The notes beneath the pieces are model-generated. The model was not told the DNA's origin and ran no database searches. It worked only from the letters and a program-made list of their open reading frames with translations. A stretch of DNA of 64,000 bases from a virus (lineage: Duplodnaviria > Caudoviricetes): positions 1,353-65,352 of the IMG/VR virus record IMGVR_UViG_3300027804_000069. One strand, given 5' to 3'. Below, one piece after another: positions 1-9,352 of the stretch (position 1 is the stretch's first letter; every line of letters begins with the position of its first letter). The position numbers and the translations under genes were made by a program.

Positions 1-181
1 GTCCAATCTGCTTATATGTAGTAGCTGACAAATAGAAAAACTCAGACCCATAGTTATAAGTTCCTAAACTATTCATTAACTGATTGTATGTAATAGTAGG
101 AGTGCTAATGCTACTTGTAGGTGGCACAGCACTAACCATTGGAACTAAAGCGGTACTTACTACTGAAGGTAATAAAGCCAT
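1..181 (-). CDS. 5' part of an ORF running off the window (MALLPSVVSTALVPMVSAVPPTSSISTPTITYNQLMNSLGTYNYGSEFFYLSATTYKQIG...), possible capsid-protein paralogue
   Basis: Not in the ORF track. ATG at 181, 2 nt after the stop of 184..510, open to the window edge. Weak similarity to the core of 25732..26430. Confidence 0.7.
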   Translation of the reverse strand, partial: MALLPSVVSTALVPMVSAVPPTSSISTPTITYNQLMNSLGTYNYGSEFFYLSATTYKQIG

Positions 182-183
182 AA

Positions 184-510
184 TTAGATTATTTTATTTC
201 CTTTTAAATCTGCAGCGAATAACCTTCCGCTACCTTTATCTTTATGCACTCTCATGCCATATTCTTTTGCAAATTCTGCGTTCATATCACCTAAAAAAGA
301 AACAGATTCACCCGCTTCTTGAGCTGATTTATAAGCACTCAATACGATTGCAGCATTTTTAACCTCGTCCTCACTTGGAGCTGATTTAGTAGATGCAGTT
401 GATTTAGACTTCTTTGATGAACCGCCAAGAGGCATAAGTTTTTTGAAAGCCCAATAAAATAGGACTGCACCACCAAAGATTAAAATGATTTTTTTAGTAT
501 CAGTATTCAT
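184..510 (-). CDS. small protein with N-terminal transmembrane anchor
   Basis: KKIILIFGGAVLFYWAFKK hydrophobic segment flanked by Lys; coupled to neighbours. Confidence 0.8.
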   Translation of the reverse strand: MNTDTKKIILIFGGAVLFYWAFKKLMPLGGSSKKSKSTASTKSAPSEDEVKNAAIVLSAYKSAQEAGESVSFLGDMNAEFAKEYGMRVHKDKGSGRLFAADLKGNKII

Positions 511-875
511 TATTTACCATATTTTTTAACGAGGAAATACACACCAACGATTGCTAAGACACCACCTACTAAATAGATAGTACCCATTTTGATACCGCCA
601 ACAAAATCACCTTCTAATCTTTGTTTCTTACTTGTATTCAAAATGTCAAGTGTTGCATCCGTTTCATTTGGAGTTACAACACCTTTTTTAGACAATAAAT
701 CGTTTAATACACCTTGCAGCCTGTCTGTATTCTTTTTTAAAAGCTCCATAGCTGCCTGACCATACTGACCATTGTTTATAGCATCAGATACTTCGCTTAA
801 TTCTGCTTTCACTTGATTTACAAGTGCATCTTTTTTATCAGGGGTCAAAATTTGCCCTTTTTTAATTTCTGCCAT
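510..875 (-). CDS. small protein with C-terminal transmembrane anchor
   Basis: TIYLVGGVLAIVGVYFLVKKYGK tail. Confidence 0.8.
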   Translation of the reverse strand: MAEIKKGQILTPDKKDALVNQVKAELSEVSDAINNGQYGQAAMELLKKNTDRLQGVLNDLLSKKGVVTPNETDATLDILNTSKKQRLEGDFVGGIKMGTIYLVGGVLAIVGVYFLVKKYGK

Positions 876-876
876 A

Positions 877-1230
877 TTAATCTCTTTTTAATTTAATAGC
901 TACTAACCCACCTATTATAATAAGACCACCTATTCCCGCCACAATATAGAGTGATTTTTTTGTTTTTTCTTTTTCAGCTTGTACTTTACCCAAAGCCTCG
1001 ATTCTAGCAACGTCTAATTTACCCAAAGTATCACCAAGTATTTGCTGTCTAGCTGCTTCACTATTAGCCTCAATTAACTGCTTGTTTAAAATAACTTTTT
1101 GGTCATAATCTAAACCTGCCAAGTTCTGAACGAACTTACGTCTTTGATTCATGTCCTTTGTATTGGCTATTGCACTAGCTATGCCTGTTAAAGCACCTGC
1201 TACGGCTGTTCCTGCTAATATGTAACTCAT
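877..1230 (-). CDS. C-terminally anchored membrane protein, paralogue of 1660..2049
   Basis: Shares NQRRKF-x-QNL...LNK-x-L with 1660..2049; C-terminal TM. Confidence 0.8.
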   Translation of the reverse strand: MSYILAGTAVAGALTGIASAIANTKDMNQRRKFVQNLAGLDYDQKVILNKQLIEANSEAARQQILGDTLGKLDVARIEALGKVQAEKEKTKKSLYIVAGIGGLIIIGGLVAIKLKRD

Positions 1231-1658
1231 TCAGCTATTTTTTTACTATTGTCAATAAATGGGTTTTCGTGTTTTTCTATTATTCTGTCCTCTATTTCTT
1301 TTAAATCTTGAGTATTGCTTGGATTGAGGTGATAAGTAGTCCAAACACAATCTTCGATTACATACAAAACTCTTCTAGTCCCTGCTTGAGTAATTCCTGT
1401 GTAAGGAGCTTCATATTCAACCCAATCACCCGCATCAATACAAACCATAACTCTACCCTTTGAAATAGTGAAGGGGTGCTCTGTTCTGTGTATTTTACTT
1501 GTAATTAAAGAACCTGCAGCCATAGTTATTTCTCTAATATACATACCATCAGTAAACCTATGCTCCAAAGGGCATACGATTTGCTCTTGCTCCAAAATAA
1601 GAGCTTCAAGCTCGTCTATTTTTGAATCGTTGGTTCTATGTAATATTTCTAAAGACAA
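1227..1658 (-). CDS. cupin-like conserved phage protein
   Basis: H-x-F-x-x-G-x-Y-x-RE...KIH-x-x-EH...SKG pattern seen in phage cupin-fold proteins (recognised by eye). Confidence 0.6.
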   Translation of the reverse strand: MSLEILHRTNDSKIDELEALILEQEQIVCPLEHRFTDGMYIREITMAAGSLITSKIHRTEHPFTISKGRVMVCIDAGDWVEYEAPYTGITQAGTRRVLYVIEDCVWTTYHLNPSNTQDLKEIEDRIIEKHENPFIDNSKKIAE

Positions 1659-1659
1659 A

Positions 1660-2049
1660 CTATGATTTTTTAACGATTAATGCTATAAGACCAATACCTA
1701 CTAAGATAAAAGCACCTGCAGCTATATATGTATTTGTTCTACTTTTTCTTTCTTTTTCAGTTACACTAGCAACTAATAAATCAATTCTTTTAGCTTGTAA
1801 ATCTGTAAGTACGTCTCTAAGAATTTTAAGTCTTTCGGTTTCACTACCTGCATCAACTAAAGCCTTATTTAGAGCTGCTTGTTGCTCCGCAGTAAGTAAA
1901 TCAAGGTTTTGAGAGAACTTACGTCTTTGGTTTGCATCACTAACTGAAGCAATAGTATTAATAGCAAGAGCAGCTACTTCGCCCCCTGCTTGTATTGCTG
2001 CAGCGGTATTTGCTGCCTGTGATGCTTGAGATGCTGCGTCTTTTGACAT
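1660..2049 (-). CDS. C-terminally anchored membrane protein, paralogue of 877..1230
   Basis: DANQRRKFSQNLD vs DMNQRRKFVQNLA; C-terminal TM followed by KKS. Confidence 0.8.
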   Translation of the reverse strand: MSKDAASQASQAANTAAAIQAGGEVAALAINTIASVSDANQRRKFSQNLDLLTAEQQAALNKALVDAGSETERLKILRDVLTDLQAKRIDLLVASVTEKERKSRTNTYIAAGAFILVGIGLIALIVKKS

Positions 2050-2058
2050 AACTTATTA

Positions 2059-2520
2059 TTATAAACCGAAAATTTTATTAGGGTCAAAAAGTGGTACACC
2101 ACCATTATTTTTTGGGGCTGCTAATAACTTTGGTACATACTGAGTATTTGACCAAACTAAATTTCTTTGTGCAGCTATTGCATCGATTTCAGCTAAACTA
2201 TCTACTTGAGTTTTACCTGTTAATGCCTTTAGTGCAGTTTGTGTTTCAGTTCCAAAATCACCATCAGCTCCGAATCTAGGTAGCTTAGATGTACCAATAG
2301 CAAGTTGTAAACGCTGCACTAAAGCTCCTTTAGAACCTTTTTTCAAAGGGAAAGAACTTGCAGGTGGTGTGGAAATTCCTCCACCGCCTCCACCATTTGA
2401 AGTTTCAATATTCCCTTCGCTATCCATAACAGAAGGTGTCTTCTTAAAATATCTAATGATGTAGTAAATGCCTACAATGCCCAAAGCTATCGGAAGTATA
2501 TATTTTTTCCCCTTTGCCAT
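2059..2520 (-). CDS. membrane-anchored peptidoglycan-binding domain protein
   Basis: N-terminal TM; LKKGSKGALVQRLQ...ADGDFGTETQTAL is the PG_binding_1 pattern. Confidence 0.75.
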   Translation of the reverse strand: MAKGKKYILPIALGIVGIYYIIRYFKKTPSVMDSEGNIETSNGGGGGGISTPPASSFPLKKGSKGALVQRLQLAIGTSKLPRFGADGDFGTETQTALKALTGKTQVDSLAEIDAIAAQRNLVWSNTQYVPKLLAAPKNNGGVPLFDPNKIFGL

Positions 2521-2585
2521 ACAATTAAAATTTAGTATAAAAATAAATAAAATTACCTACATACAGCATTTTTGTCACATTTATT

Positions 2586-2623
2586 AAAAAAAATAGCCCA
2601 ATTTCCGAAGATTTTGAGCTATT
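2586..2623 (-). terminator. rho-independent terminator
   Basis: Minus strand AATAGCTCAA-loop-TTGGGCTATT then a T run, downstream of the sulfation operon. Confidence 0.65.
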
Positions 2624-2644
2624 GTATAGGGGGGAATGGGTATT

Positions 2645-2866
2645 TTAAGTCTTTTTTTCGTCTTTCAGACCAAATTTAATGTATTTATACCAAATTCTCT
2701 CATGAATATAATATTGCAGGGGCTTATACAGTATTTCTGCTACTCCAAAGGCTGCACCTACCTTAATTGAGCCACTAGCCCACCACATAATCAAAAACCC
2801 GATTAAAGTGCTCAAAAGCCTGTAAGATATTGTTTTAGCCAAGTGCCTACTAGCCGATACTCGCAT
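2645..2866 (-). CDS. DUF2061-like small membrane protein
   Basis: RHLAKTISYR...YYIHERIW pattern. Confidence 0.7.
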   Translation of the reverse strand: MRVSASRHLAKTISYRLLSTLIGFLIMWWASGSIKVGAAFGVAEILYKPLQYYIHERIWYKYIKFGLKDEKKT

Positions 2867-3236
2867 TGTGTAATTGTTTTAGTTGTTCTCTGATTTTGGT
2901 AGCTGATATTTCTGCTATTTCAGGGGGAACTGATAGTTGCTCTACTTTATAGCCAACGTCTCTGCCATAGTAAACACCCTCAATGTCAGGTATCACCATA
3001 ACTTTCATCATTCCTTCTGAAATCCACCCAAAAGTTTCTTGGTCTTGAGTAAACATAGTCATGACCTGCTGTGCAGTAAAAGGATTTTTTTGGTCTGTAG
3101 GAACGTCCCTAATACCAATCAAAACGGGTATACCTTCAGTTATTTTCTTTCTAAATAGGTATTTGTGTCCCTCGTGAAGACTCTGATACCTTCCTATGAA
3201 AAGAGCATATTTCTTTGACGCAGTGTTTGATTCCAT
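2850..3236 (-). CDS. HIGH-type nucleotidyltransferase (cytidylyltransferase-like)
   Basis: FIGRYQSLHEGH (HxGH), NPF, ISATKIR (KMSKS-like). Confidence 0.75.
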   Translation of the reverse strand: MESNTASKKYALFIGRYQSLHEGHKYLFRKKITEGIPVLIGIRDVPTDQKNPFTAQQVMTMFTQDQETFGWISEGMMKVMVIPDIEGVYYGRDVGYKVEQLSVPPEIAEISATKIREQLKQLHNASIG

Positions 3237-3648
3237 TATTTGTAGTATTTAATATTAATAAATTAGACATTTCAAATTCGTTAGGTATGTCGAAATCTTT
3301 TACATGAAAGGACTCTCTACCCCTTATATCATTATATTGTAGGTAGACCCATACAATCTGACCTTTACAAAGCTCCTCCAAATACTCTCTAGCCTCCTTA
3401 ATTGGATAAACAGCACTAACGATTACTTCATAATACTTGTTATTCATAAAGGTAGCTATGTCACTTATCTTTTGTAAGTTCTTAATTCTACCTTCTTTTG
3501 AAAAATCTTTATTCTTAAAAAGCTCTCTAATATCGTCCCCATCTATAATTGGGGTTGAAATACCTCTTTCTAAAAATAGTTCTGATTGAACCTCTTTTGC
3601 TAATGTTGTTTTACCACTATGAGGCTGACCGAATAGTACTATAATCAT
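3151..3648 (-). CDS. cysC: adenylylsulfate kinase-like P-loop kinase
   Basis: GQPHSGKTT Walker A; IDGDDIR...FSKEGRIKN typical of APS kinase. Confidence 0.75.
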   Translation of the reverse strand: MIIVLFGQPHSGKTTLAKEVQSELFLERGISTPIIDGDDIRELFKNKDFSKEGRIKNLQKISDIATFMNNKYYEVIVSAVYPIKEAREYLEELCKGQIVWVYLQYNDIRGRESFHVKDFDIPNEFEMSNLLILNTTNNGIKHCVKEICSFHRKVSESSRGTQIPI

Positions 3649-4445
3649 GGTATTATGTAATTAAATTTTTCAAATCTTTCTTTAGGAATAGCAACACAAT
3701 CAAGACACTTACCACTATATGTTTGATATGGTTTACCCTCTTGAAATTGTTTTACTACATATCCTAACTCTTCTATTTTAGCTTTAAGTTCATTCTCTGA
3801 TGTTCCTTGTTCTTTCAATAGGTGATTCTCAAACTCTATAAACATATAAGGTCTATGTTTCTTAATAGTTTCTTTAGCACCATCAATAACATGAGATTCA
3901 TACCCTTGTACATCTATTTTAATAAATGCAACATCCCCAAATGTAAAACTATCTAAAGCTCTTTGTTGAACTATGTCTCCTCCATTATTACTAACTCTTA
4001 CATCTCCAAAATTAACATCTTCTTTACTGTGATAATCAGGAGTCTGTATGAAAACTTCTTTTTCGATACCATTTCCAATTGCTACATTTTGACAAAATAC
4101 ATTGTCTAATCCATTAAGGAATACATTAGTACACAATTGATAGTATATGATACGCTGTGGTTCAAAACTAAAAACTCTACCATGGTCACCAACTAAATGA
4201 GCAAAGTCAATAGCAAAATTACCGTTGTTAGCTCCTACATCAATAATATCTTTCCCTTCACAATCTATTTGATTTCTGTCAAGAAAGTCAAACAAATAAG
4301 GTTCATATTGCCATCCTTCTATAATAGAACTTGTAACAGCATTATCTTTAGGAAACAAAGCATAGATTAACTTGTTTACATGAAAAGCATTTCTAAAATC
4401 CTTTTTATCAAGTTGATATAAACCTATTTGAAATTTTGTCTTCAT
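3645..4445 (-). CDS. FkbM-family methyltransferase
   Basis: IIDVGANNG, FSFEPQ, FIKIDVQGYE. Confidence 0.85.
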   Translation of the reverse strand: MKTKFQIGLYQLDKKDFRNAFHVNKLIYALFPKDNAVTSSIIEGWQYEPYLFDFLDRNQIDCEGKDIIDVGANNGNFAIDFAHLVGDHGRVFSFEPQRIIYYQLCTNVFLNGLDNVFCQNVAIGNGIEKEVFIQTPDYHSKEDVNFGDVRVSNNGGDIVQQRALDSFTFGDVAFIKIDVQGYESHVIDGAKETIKKHRPYMFIEFENHLLKEQGTSENELKAKIEELGYVVKQFQEGKPYQTYSGKCLDCVAIPKERFEKFNYIIP

Positions 4446-5266
4446 TACTTACTATATCGGAATTGTTCAAAAAACCATTTATAATTTTCGTAAATCCAAT
4501 TGTTCACATCCTTGCCAAGTAATTGCTTTGCTTTAGAAGGGACAGGTTCTAATTTAGTTCTAATGACATGGTCACCAAATGTGCCATAAACTTCATCGTC
4601 TTCTTTTGTTACTTGTTCTATGTTATCAAAATCGTGCTTATAAAAAGGTATATCTAAATACTGATAAATTCTTGTCATTTCAGTATCAGGATATAAGCAT
4701 AGGTCTTCAAATTTTACAAACAGCATTTTACTATCTGTACCCATTCTAAATATCTCTGAAAGTCTTTCTATTGCTAGACCTACAGGCTGTCCTGCAGCCC
4801 ATATATCTACTCTCTTTGGTACAGTTGTACCTTGACCTTTAGCCCAATCAAGTATATCTGATTGCTTTTCAGGATGCTTTCTAAAATTATTTTCCATAGA
4901 TGCAAAAACGTCCCTCAAATCCCTAACCATGCAAATAATCTTGGGTTCGTCTTGTCTAACAAAATGTAAAAAATCGTAGTGGATTCCCCACCCCCTAGAT
5001 TTATCTATAACATATTTCTTATCAGTAATTGCATTGTAAAAAGCGTCCATACCTGCATTTGCAAAGGACTGCCAACCTTTTTTCATAAGTTCAGCGTCTT
5101 GAGCTATAAACTCAGGTGAAGTTGTATAATTAGCTCTAGCTCCAAATATCAGCTCTAATACACCACTTGTAGGAGTTGCATATATATCAGGGTTTTGAGC
5201 TAAAATATTTTGTAAAAGGGTTGAACCTGCACGAGGCAGCGAACTTTGAAAGAATAATTTTTCCAT
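4445..5266 (-). CDS. sulfotransferase family protein
   Basis: SSLPRAGSTLL (5'-PSB loop), MVRDLRDVFAS (3'-PB), VKFEDL. Confidence 0.85.
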   Translation of the reverse strand: MEKLFFQSSLPRAGSTLLQNILAQNPDIYATPTSGVLELIFGARANYTTSPEFIAQDAELMKKGWQSFANAGMDAFYNAITDKKYVIDKSRGWGIHYDFLHFVRQDEPKIICMVRDLRDVFASMENNFRKHPEKQSDILDWAKGQGTTVPKRVDIWAAGQPVGLAIERLSEIFRMGTDSKMLFVKFEDLCLYPDTEMTRIYQYLDIPFYKHDFDNIEQVTKEDDEVYGTFGDHVIRTKLEPVPSKAKQLLGKDVNNWIYENYKWFFEQFRYSK

Positions 5267-5268
5267 AA

Positions 5269-5640
5269 CTATTTGTATGATTTTTCCTCTATGATTTCAG
5301 AATTGTAGTTTGTATTGATAGCCTTTTTGACCAAAGCCCTTTTATCATTGAACTTATATACGTTTCTAGCAAGTTCAATAAATTCAGCACCAAAGTCTTT
5401 AGACTTCTCATGTGAACGCTTAGAGTTCTCTATTTCCCAAAGAATGAGGTTTATTTTGTATAGCTTCTTAAACTCCCTTGTAGACGCATATCCTTTGTCT
5501 AATTTAAGTGCCTTTTTACATAGGTAATTGTACTCTTTTAGTACGTTGTGGAGCTTTTCAGGGTCGGTTATTCTGAACCTTTTTATTTCGAGTATGGCTA
5601 TTTTATCAAATAGCTCACCTACACTTACTTTTATGGTCAT
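5269..5640 (-). CDS. DUF6165-like protein
   Basis: VSVGELFDKIAILEIK...LWEIE...FIELARNVYKFNDKR. Confidence 0.7.
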   Translation of the reverse strand: MTIKVSVGELFDKIAILEIKRFRITDPEKLHNVLKEYNYLCKKALKLDKGYASTREFKKLYKINLILWEIENSKRSHEKSKDFGAEFIELARNVYKFNDKRALVKKAINTNYNSEIIEEKSYK

Positions 5641-5712
5641 TTTGTTTATTTTGATGTAAATGTAAATGTTTTAATCAAAATATACTAAATTTATGGCGAA
5701 AAAAAACCATAA
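5641..5712. promoter_or_regulatory. divergent promoter region
   Basis: 72-bp AT-rich gap between divergent operons. TAAATTTA on + and TACATTTA on - resemble the Bacteroidota -7 box TAnnTTTG. Confidence 0.5.
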
Positions 5713-6654
5713 ATGAAGCCAATTTGTTTGAACCTGACCGAATGCAACGGTTTGGGTGATTTAATCTGTGCTACTCCTACAATCAAAAAGATACACGATT
5801 CTTACGGGCAAAAGGTAACTATCTTATCCAAGATGCCTGAACTATTTAAGACTAACCCTTATGTCGAAAAGAGCTTTAAGTCTAGCTCTGTTGATATGGG
5901 TTATTTTAATGAAAACTACCTCATGCACAACTCTTTTTACAACGTAGGTAAAAGAAATGAAAGAGGTATTGAATACAAGCATAACATGATGGACATTCGT
6001 CAGTTCCATGCTATTCATTTGGGTTTTATGTTAGGCAAAAATGAAATGGAATGTTTTTACAAGCCACTAACAGACCTTACAATAGAAGTCCCCGAAAAAT
6101 ATGTTTTGATACACCCTGTATCTACTTGGGAGGCAAGAACTTGGAAAGCAGAGAATTGGATGCAACTCACGAATAGCTTAAATGATTTGGGCTACAACGT
6201 AATATCTATAGGCAAAGACTCTTCTGAAACGGGATTTTTCAACGTAGACAAACCTGTATTCAACTTTGAAATAGAGAAAGGAATAAACCTCATGAATAAG
6301 ACTTCTATTTCTGATTGTTGGCATCTTATAAATAAAGCTCACTGCTTTGTTACAATGGATTCAGGGCTTTTACACCTTGCAGGGACTACTGACACCCATA
6401 TCATTCATTTGGGCTCTTCAATCAAACCTGAATTTAGAATGCCATACAGAAGAGGTAGACAAGGTGTTTACAAGTATGACTATGTGAGAGGTACTTGTGG
6501 CTTGGAATGTGCTTCAGATATGAAATACGGAGTTAAACAATGGGGGGATATACAAGGAGTAGCACCTCTTATCAAATGTTTGGAAGATAAGCCTACATAT
6601 GAATGCCATCCTTTTATAATAAATGTATTGAACAGAATTTTAGAAATAGATTAA
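5713..6654 (+). CDS. GT9-family glycosyltransferase
   Basis: GLGDLIC, FVTMDSGLLHLAG, C-terminal Cys cluster. Confidence 0.85.
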   Translation: MKPICLNLTECNGLGDLICATPTIKKIHDSYGQKVTILSKMPELFKTNPYVEKSFKSSSVDMGYFNENYLMHNSFYNVGKRNERGIEYKHNMMDIRQFHAIHLGFMLGKNEMECFYKPLTDLTIEVPEKYVLIHPVSTWEARTWKAENWMQLTNSLNDLGYNVISIGKDSSETGFFNVDKPVFNFEIEKGINLMNKTSISDCWHLINKAHCFVTMDSGLLHLAGTTDTHIIHLGSSIKPEFRMPYRRGRQGVYKYDYVRGTCGLECASDMKYGVKQWGDIQGVAPLIKCLEDKPTYECHPFIINVLNRILEID

Positions 6655-6655
6655 T

Positions 6656-9352
6656 ATGAAAAAGAAACTACTTATTATTTCTCCGCACTATTCTACAGGT
6701 GGAAGTGGTCAATTTAGTGTCAATAAAGTGGAATTACTAAAGAATGATTTTGAAATAAAGGTCGTAGAATATAGCTTTTTAGCGTATCAATTTGTTGTAC
6801 AAAGAAATAGAATTATTGACCTCGTAGGATTAGATAACTTTCATTCTTTAAGTGCTGATAAGTCAGGAATGCTAAAAAAGATTATTGAGGACTTTAAGCC
6901 TGATATTATATCTATGGAGGAGTTCCCTGAAATGTTTATGGACAAAGCTATAGCTGATTGGATATACCACTCTGAAAGAAGTTATAAGATTTATGAAACT
7001 ACGCATGATAGTAGCTTTAACCCAAAAAACAAAATATATACTCCTGATGAATTTGTATTTGTTAGTGCTTACAATTCACTCATGTACAAAGAATTAGAAA
7101 TACCTACTTCAGTTGTAGAATACCCAATAGACTACATAGAAAGAAATAAAAAAGAGGCTAGAGAAACATTAGAACTTGAGCATGACTATAAGCACGTTGT
7201 TATCATTGGACTTTTCACTCCTCGTAAAAACCAAAAGTATTCTTTTGAACTAGCTGAAAGACTTTCTGACTACAAAATAAAGTTTCATTTTATTGGCAAT
7301 CAGGCTGAAAACTTTGCGTTTTATTGGAAACCACTCATGGACAAAAAACCTGAAAATTGTACCATTTGGGGTGAGAGGTCAGATACAGAAACATTCTTAC
7401 AAGCTGCAGACTTATTTCTATTTACTTCAAAAGGTGATAAGGGCAATAAGGAATTAAATCCCCTTGTAATTAAAGAGGCTGCTAAATATCAAGACCTTCC
7501 AAAACTCATGTACAATTTAGACGTTTATCTAAATAAATACAATACTAGTAAAGACTTTAGCTTTTTATCAGGTGACTTATCAGAAGATACAAATAAGGTT
7601 ATAAGTCTTACTAGTCCTATAAATTTGTATGGGTCAAATGACGAATTAATCATTATAGGTACTTACCCAAATTTAAAAAGTAGAATACAACTAACAAAGG
7701 ACACCATTAAGAGCCTCAAACCAATAGGCAGGGATATACTACTCATTTCTCATTTACCTGCTGATACAGATACCCAAAAATTAGTAGAGCACTATATTTA
7801 TGACAAGTACAACCCACTAACGCACCATTCTTATTATACAAGATTTTTTAGAACCACAGACGAATACCATGCTGAAATAAATATCAATGGGCTTAAAGAT
7901 AGCAACCAATCTTTGTGCGTTTATACCAATCTACTTACCTCTGCCAAGTACGCAAAACAAATGGGTTATAAGAGGTTTTTTTATACCACTTATGACGTTA
8001 TAATAGACGAAAGAGACATACCTACAATAGAAGATAGCTTTGAGTCTGTAAAAAATACCAAAGGAGCTTATTTAGGGACTTTAGATACACCATTTGGAAA
8101 AGGAGTGCAAACCAATGGAATGACCTTTGATACCGATTATTTCTTACAGGCTTTTGAAGATATACGCACACCTGACAAGTACAATCAGCTATGTCAAATA
8201 GTTGGAGCAGAAAACTTTTTAGAGGACTTATTGATTAAAGTAATCAGAAACAATAATACAAATAATGAAGTTGTATTTAAAGATAATCGTTCTCAAACAC
8301 TACTGATACATAGTGGTTTAGGGGTGGCTTCAAATTCTGAATACTATTCTATTTTATCGGTTAAGGGCAAAGAAAATACTTTTATGTTTTACTTCTATAC
8401 CTACAATATAGATGACAGAAAGGTAAAACTGAGCATAGATAGTAAGAATTTCAATTTTATGAAAATCATTGAAATAAATAAGACTAATGAAGCTATGCAG
8501 GAGTTTGTTTATTCAGGTGAGGAAATACTTGTGACTTTAGATTTTTATGATGGTGATGTGATTTACAAAAAAGAACACTATAAGATTAATGAAGAGACAT
8601 TACCTAAATATAGTAATACAGGTCATTTCAAATGGAACAAAAGACCAAAGATTAAATTAGTACACATTCAAACTACTAGAAACGATGAAAAAGAACAAAA
8701 AAGCAGAGAGCAACTTTCAAGAGTCAAAGAGTATGGGTGGGAATATATCTTGCACACCAATACACCATACCAAGACTTGCCACCTAAACACAACTGCCAA
8801 AGACCCGATTGTGTTTCATACGAACTCTTCGATGAACAAACAATTCAGCGTCTTGGAACTGCACTTACCCCAAGTCACTATGGCTGCTATTTAGCTTTTA
8901 AAGAAGCTATTTTAACTGAATTTGAAGATTGTGACTTTTTGATTGTTTGTGAAGGTGATTGTAAAATAGAAATACCACTAGAAGATTTTATTAAAAAAGT
9001 AGAATCAACTTGCCCTACAATAGTAGATAACAACATAGGTTATATGTCTTATGGAGACAAAGCAACACTTGAACATGGGTGGCTACAATCCCCTGTAGTT
9101 AGAGAAATACCTAACCAAGACCTGCTTTACATAACCAATCACATTATAGGACTTCAATGTATTATGTTCCCTATTAAGGTAAAAAAATGGCTTAAAGAAA
9201 AGCTAAGGACTCACAGATGGGACGCAAGTGATATGTTCTACAATTCGGTATTTGTTAATTCACCTTACATTATGGCAATCCTTCATGAAAGAATAACTAC
9301 TCAATTTGATGGATATTCAACTATTGACAGAACTAATAAAACATTTTTATGA
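6656..9352 (+). CDS. multidomain glycosyltransferase (N-terminal GT4-like, C-terminal GT-A/GT25-like)
   Basis: IGLFTPRKNQK, FLFTSKG...ELNPLVIKEA; HYGCYLAF...LIVCEGDC. Confidence 0.75.
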   Translation: MKKKLLIISPHYSTGGSGQFSVNKVELLKNDFEIKVVEYSFLAYQFVVQRNRIIDLVGLDNFHSLSADKSGMLKKIIEDFKPDIISMEEFPEMFMDKAIADWIYHSERSYKIYETTHDSSFNPKNKIYTPDEFVFVSAYNSLMYKELEIPTSVVEYPIDYIERNKKEARETLELEHDYKHVVIIGLFTPRKNQKYSFELAERLSDYKIKFHFIGNQAENFAFYWKPLMDKKPENCTIWGERSDTETFLQAADLFLFTSKGDKGNKELNPLVIKEAAKYQDLPKLMYNLDVYLNKYNTSKDFSFLSGDLSEDTNKVISLTSPINLYGSNDELIIIGTYPNLKSRIQLTKDTIKSLKPIGRDILLISHLPADTDTQKLVEHYIYDKYNPLTHHSYYTRFFRTTDEYHAEININGLKDSNQSLCVYTNLLTSAKYAKQMGYKRFFYTTYDVIIDERDIPTIEDSFESVKNTKGAYLGTLDTPFGKGVQTNGMTFDTDYFLQAFEDIRTPDKYNQLCQIVGAENFLEDLLIKVIRNNNTNNEVVFKDNRSQTLLIHSGLGVASNSEYYSILSVKGKENTFMFYFYTYNIDDRKVKLSIDSKNFNFMKIIEINKTNEAMQEFVYSGEEILVTLDFYDGDVIYKKEHYKINEETLPKYSNTGHFKWNKRPKIKLVHIQTTRNDEKEQKSREQLSRVKEYGWEYILHTNTPYQDLPPKHNCQRPDCVSYELFDEQTIQRLGTALTPSHYGCYLAFKEAILTEFEDCDFLIVCEGDCKIEIPLEDFIKKVESTCPTIVDNNIGYMSYGDKATLEHGWLQSPVVREIPNQDLLYITNHIIGLQCIMFPIKVKKWLKEKLRTHRWDASDMFYNSVFVNSPYIMAILHERITTQFDGYSTIDRTNKTFL

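Noticed and set aside
3151-3236. Programmed frameshift fusing the APS kinase and nucleotidyltransferase
   Set aside because: The 86-nt overlap is real, but the downstream gene has its own ATG before the HxGH motif and no clear slippery site was seen.
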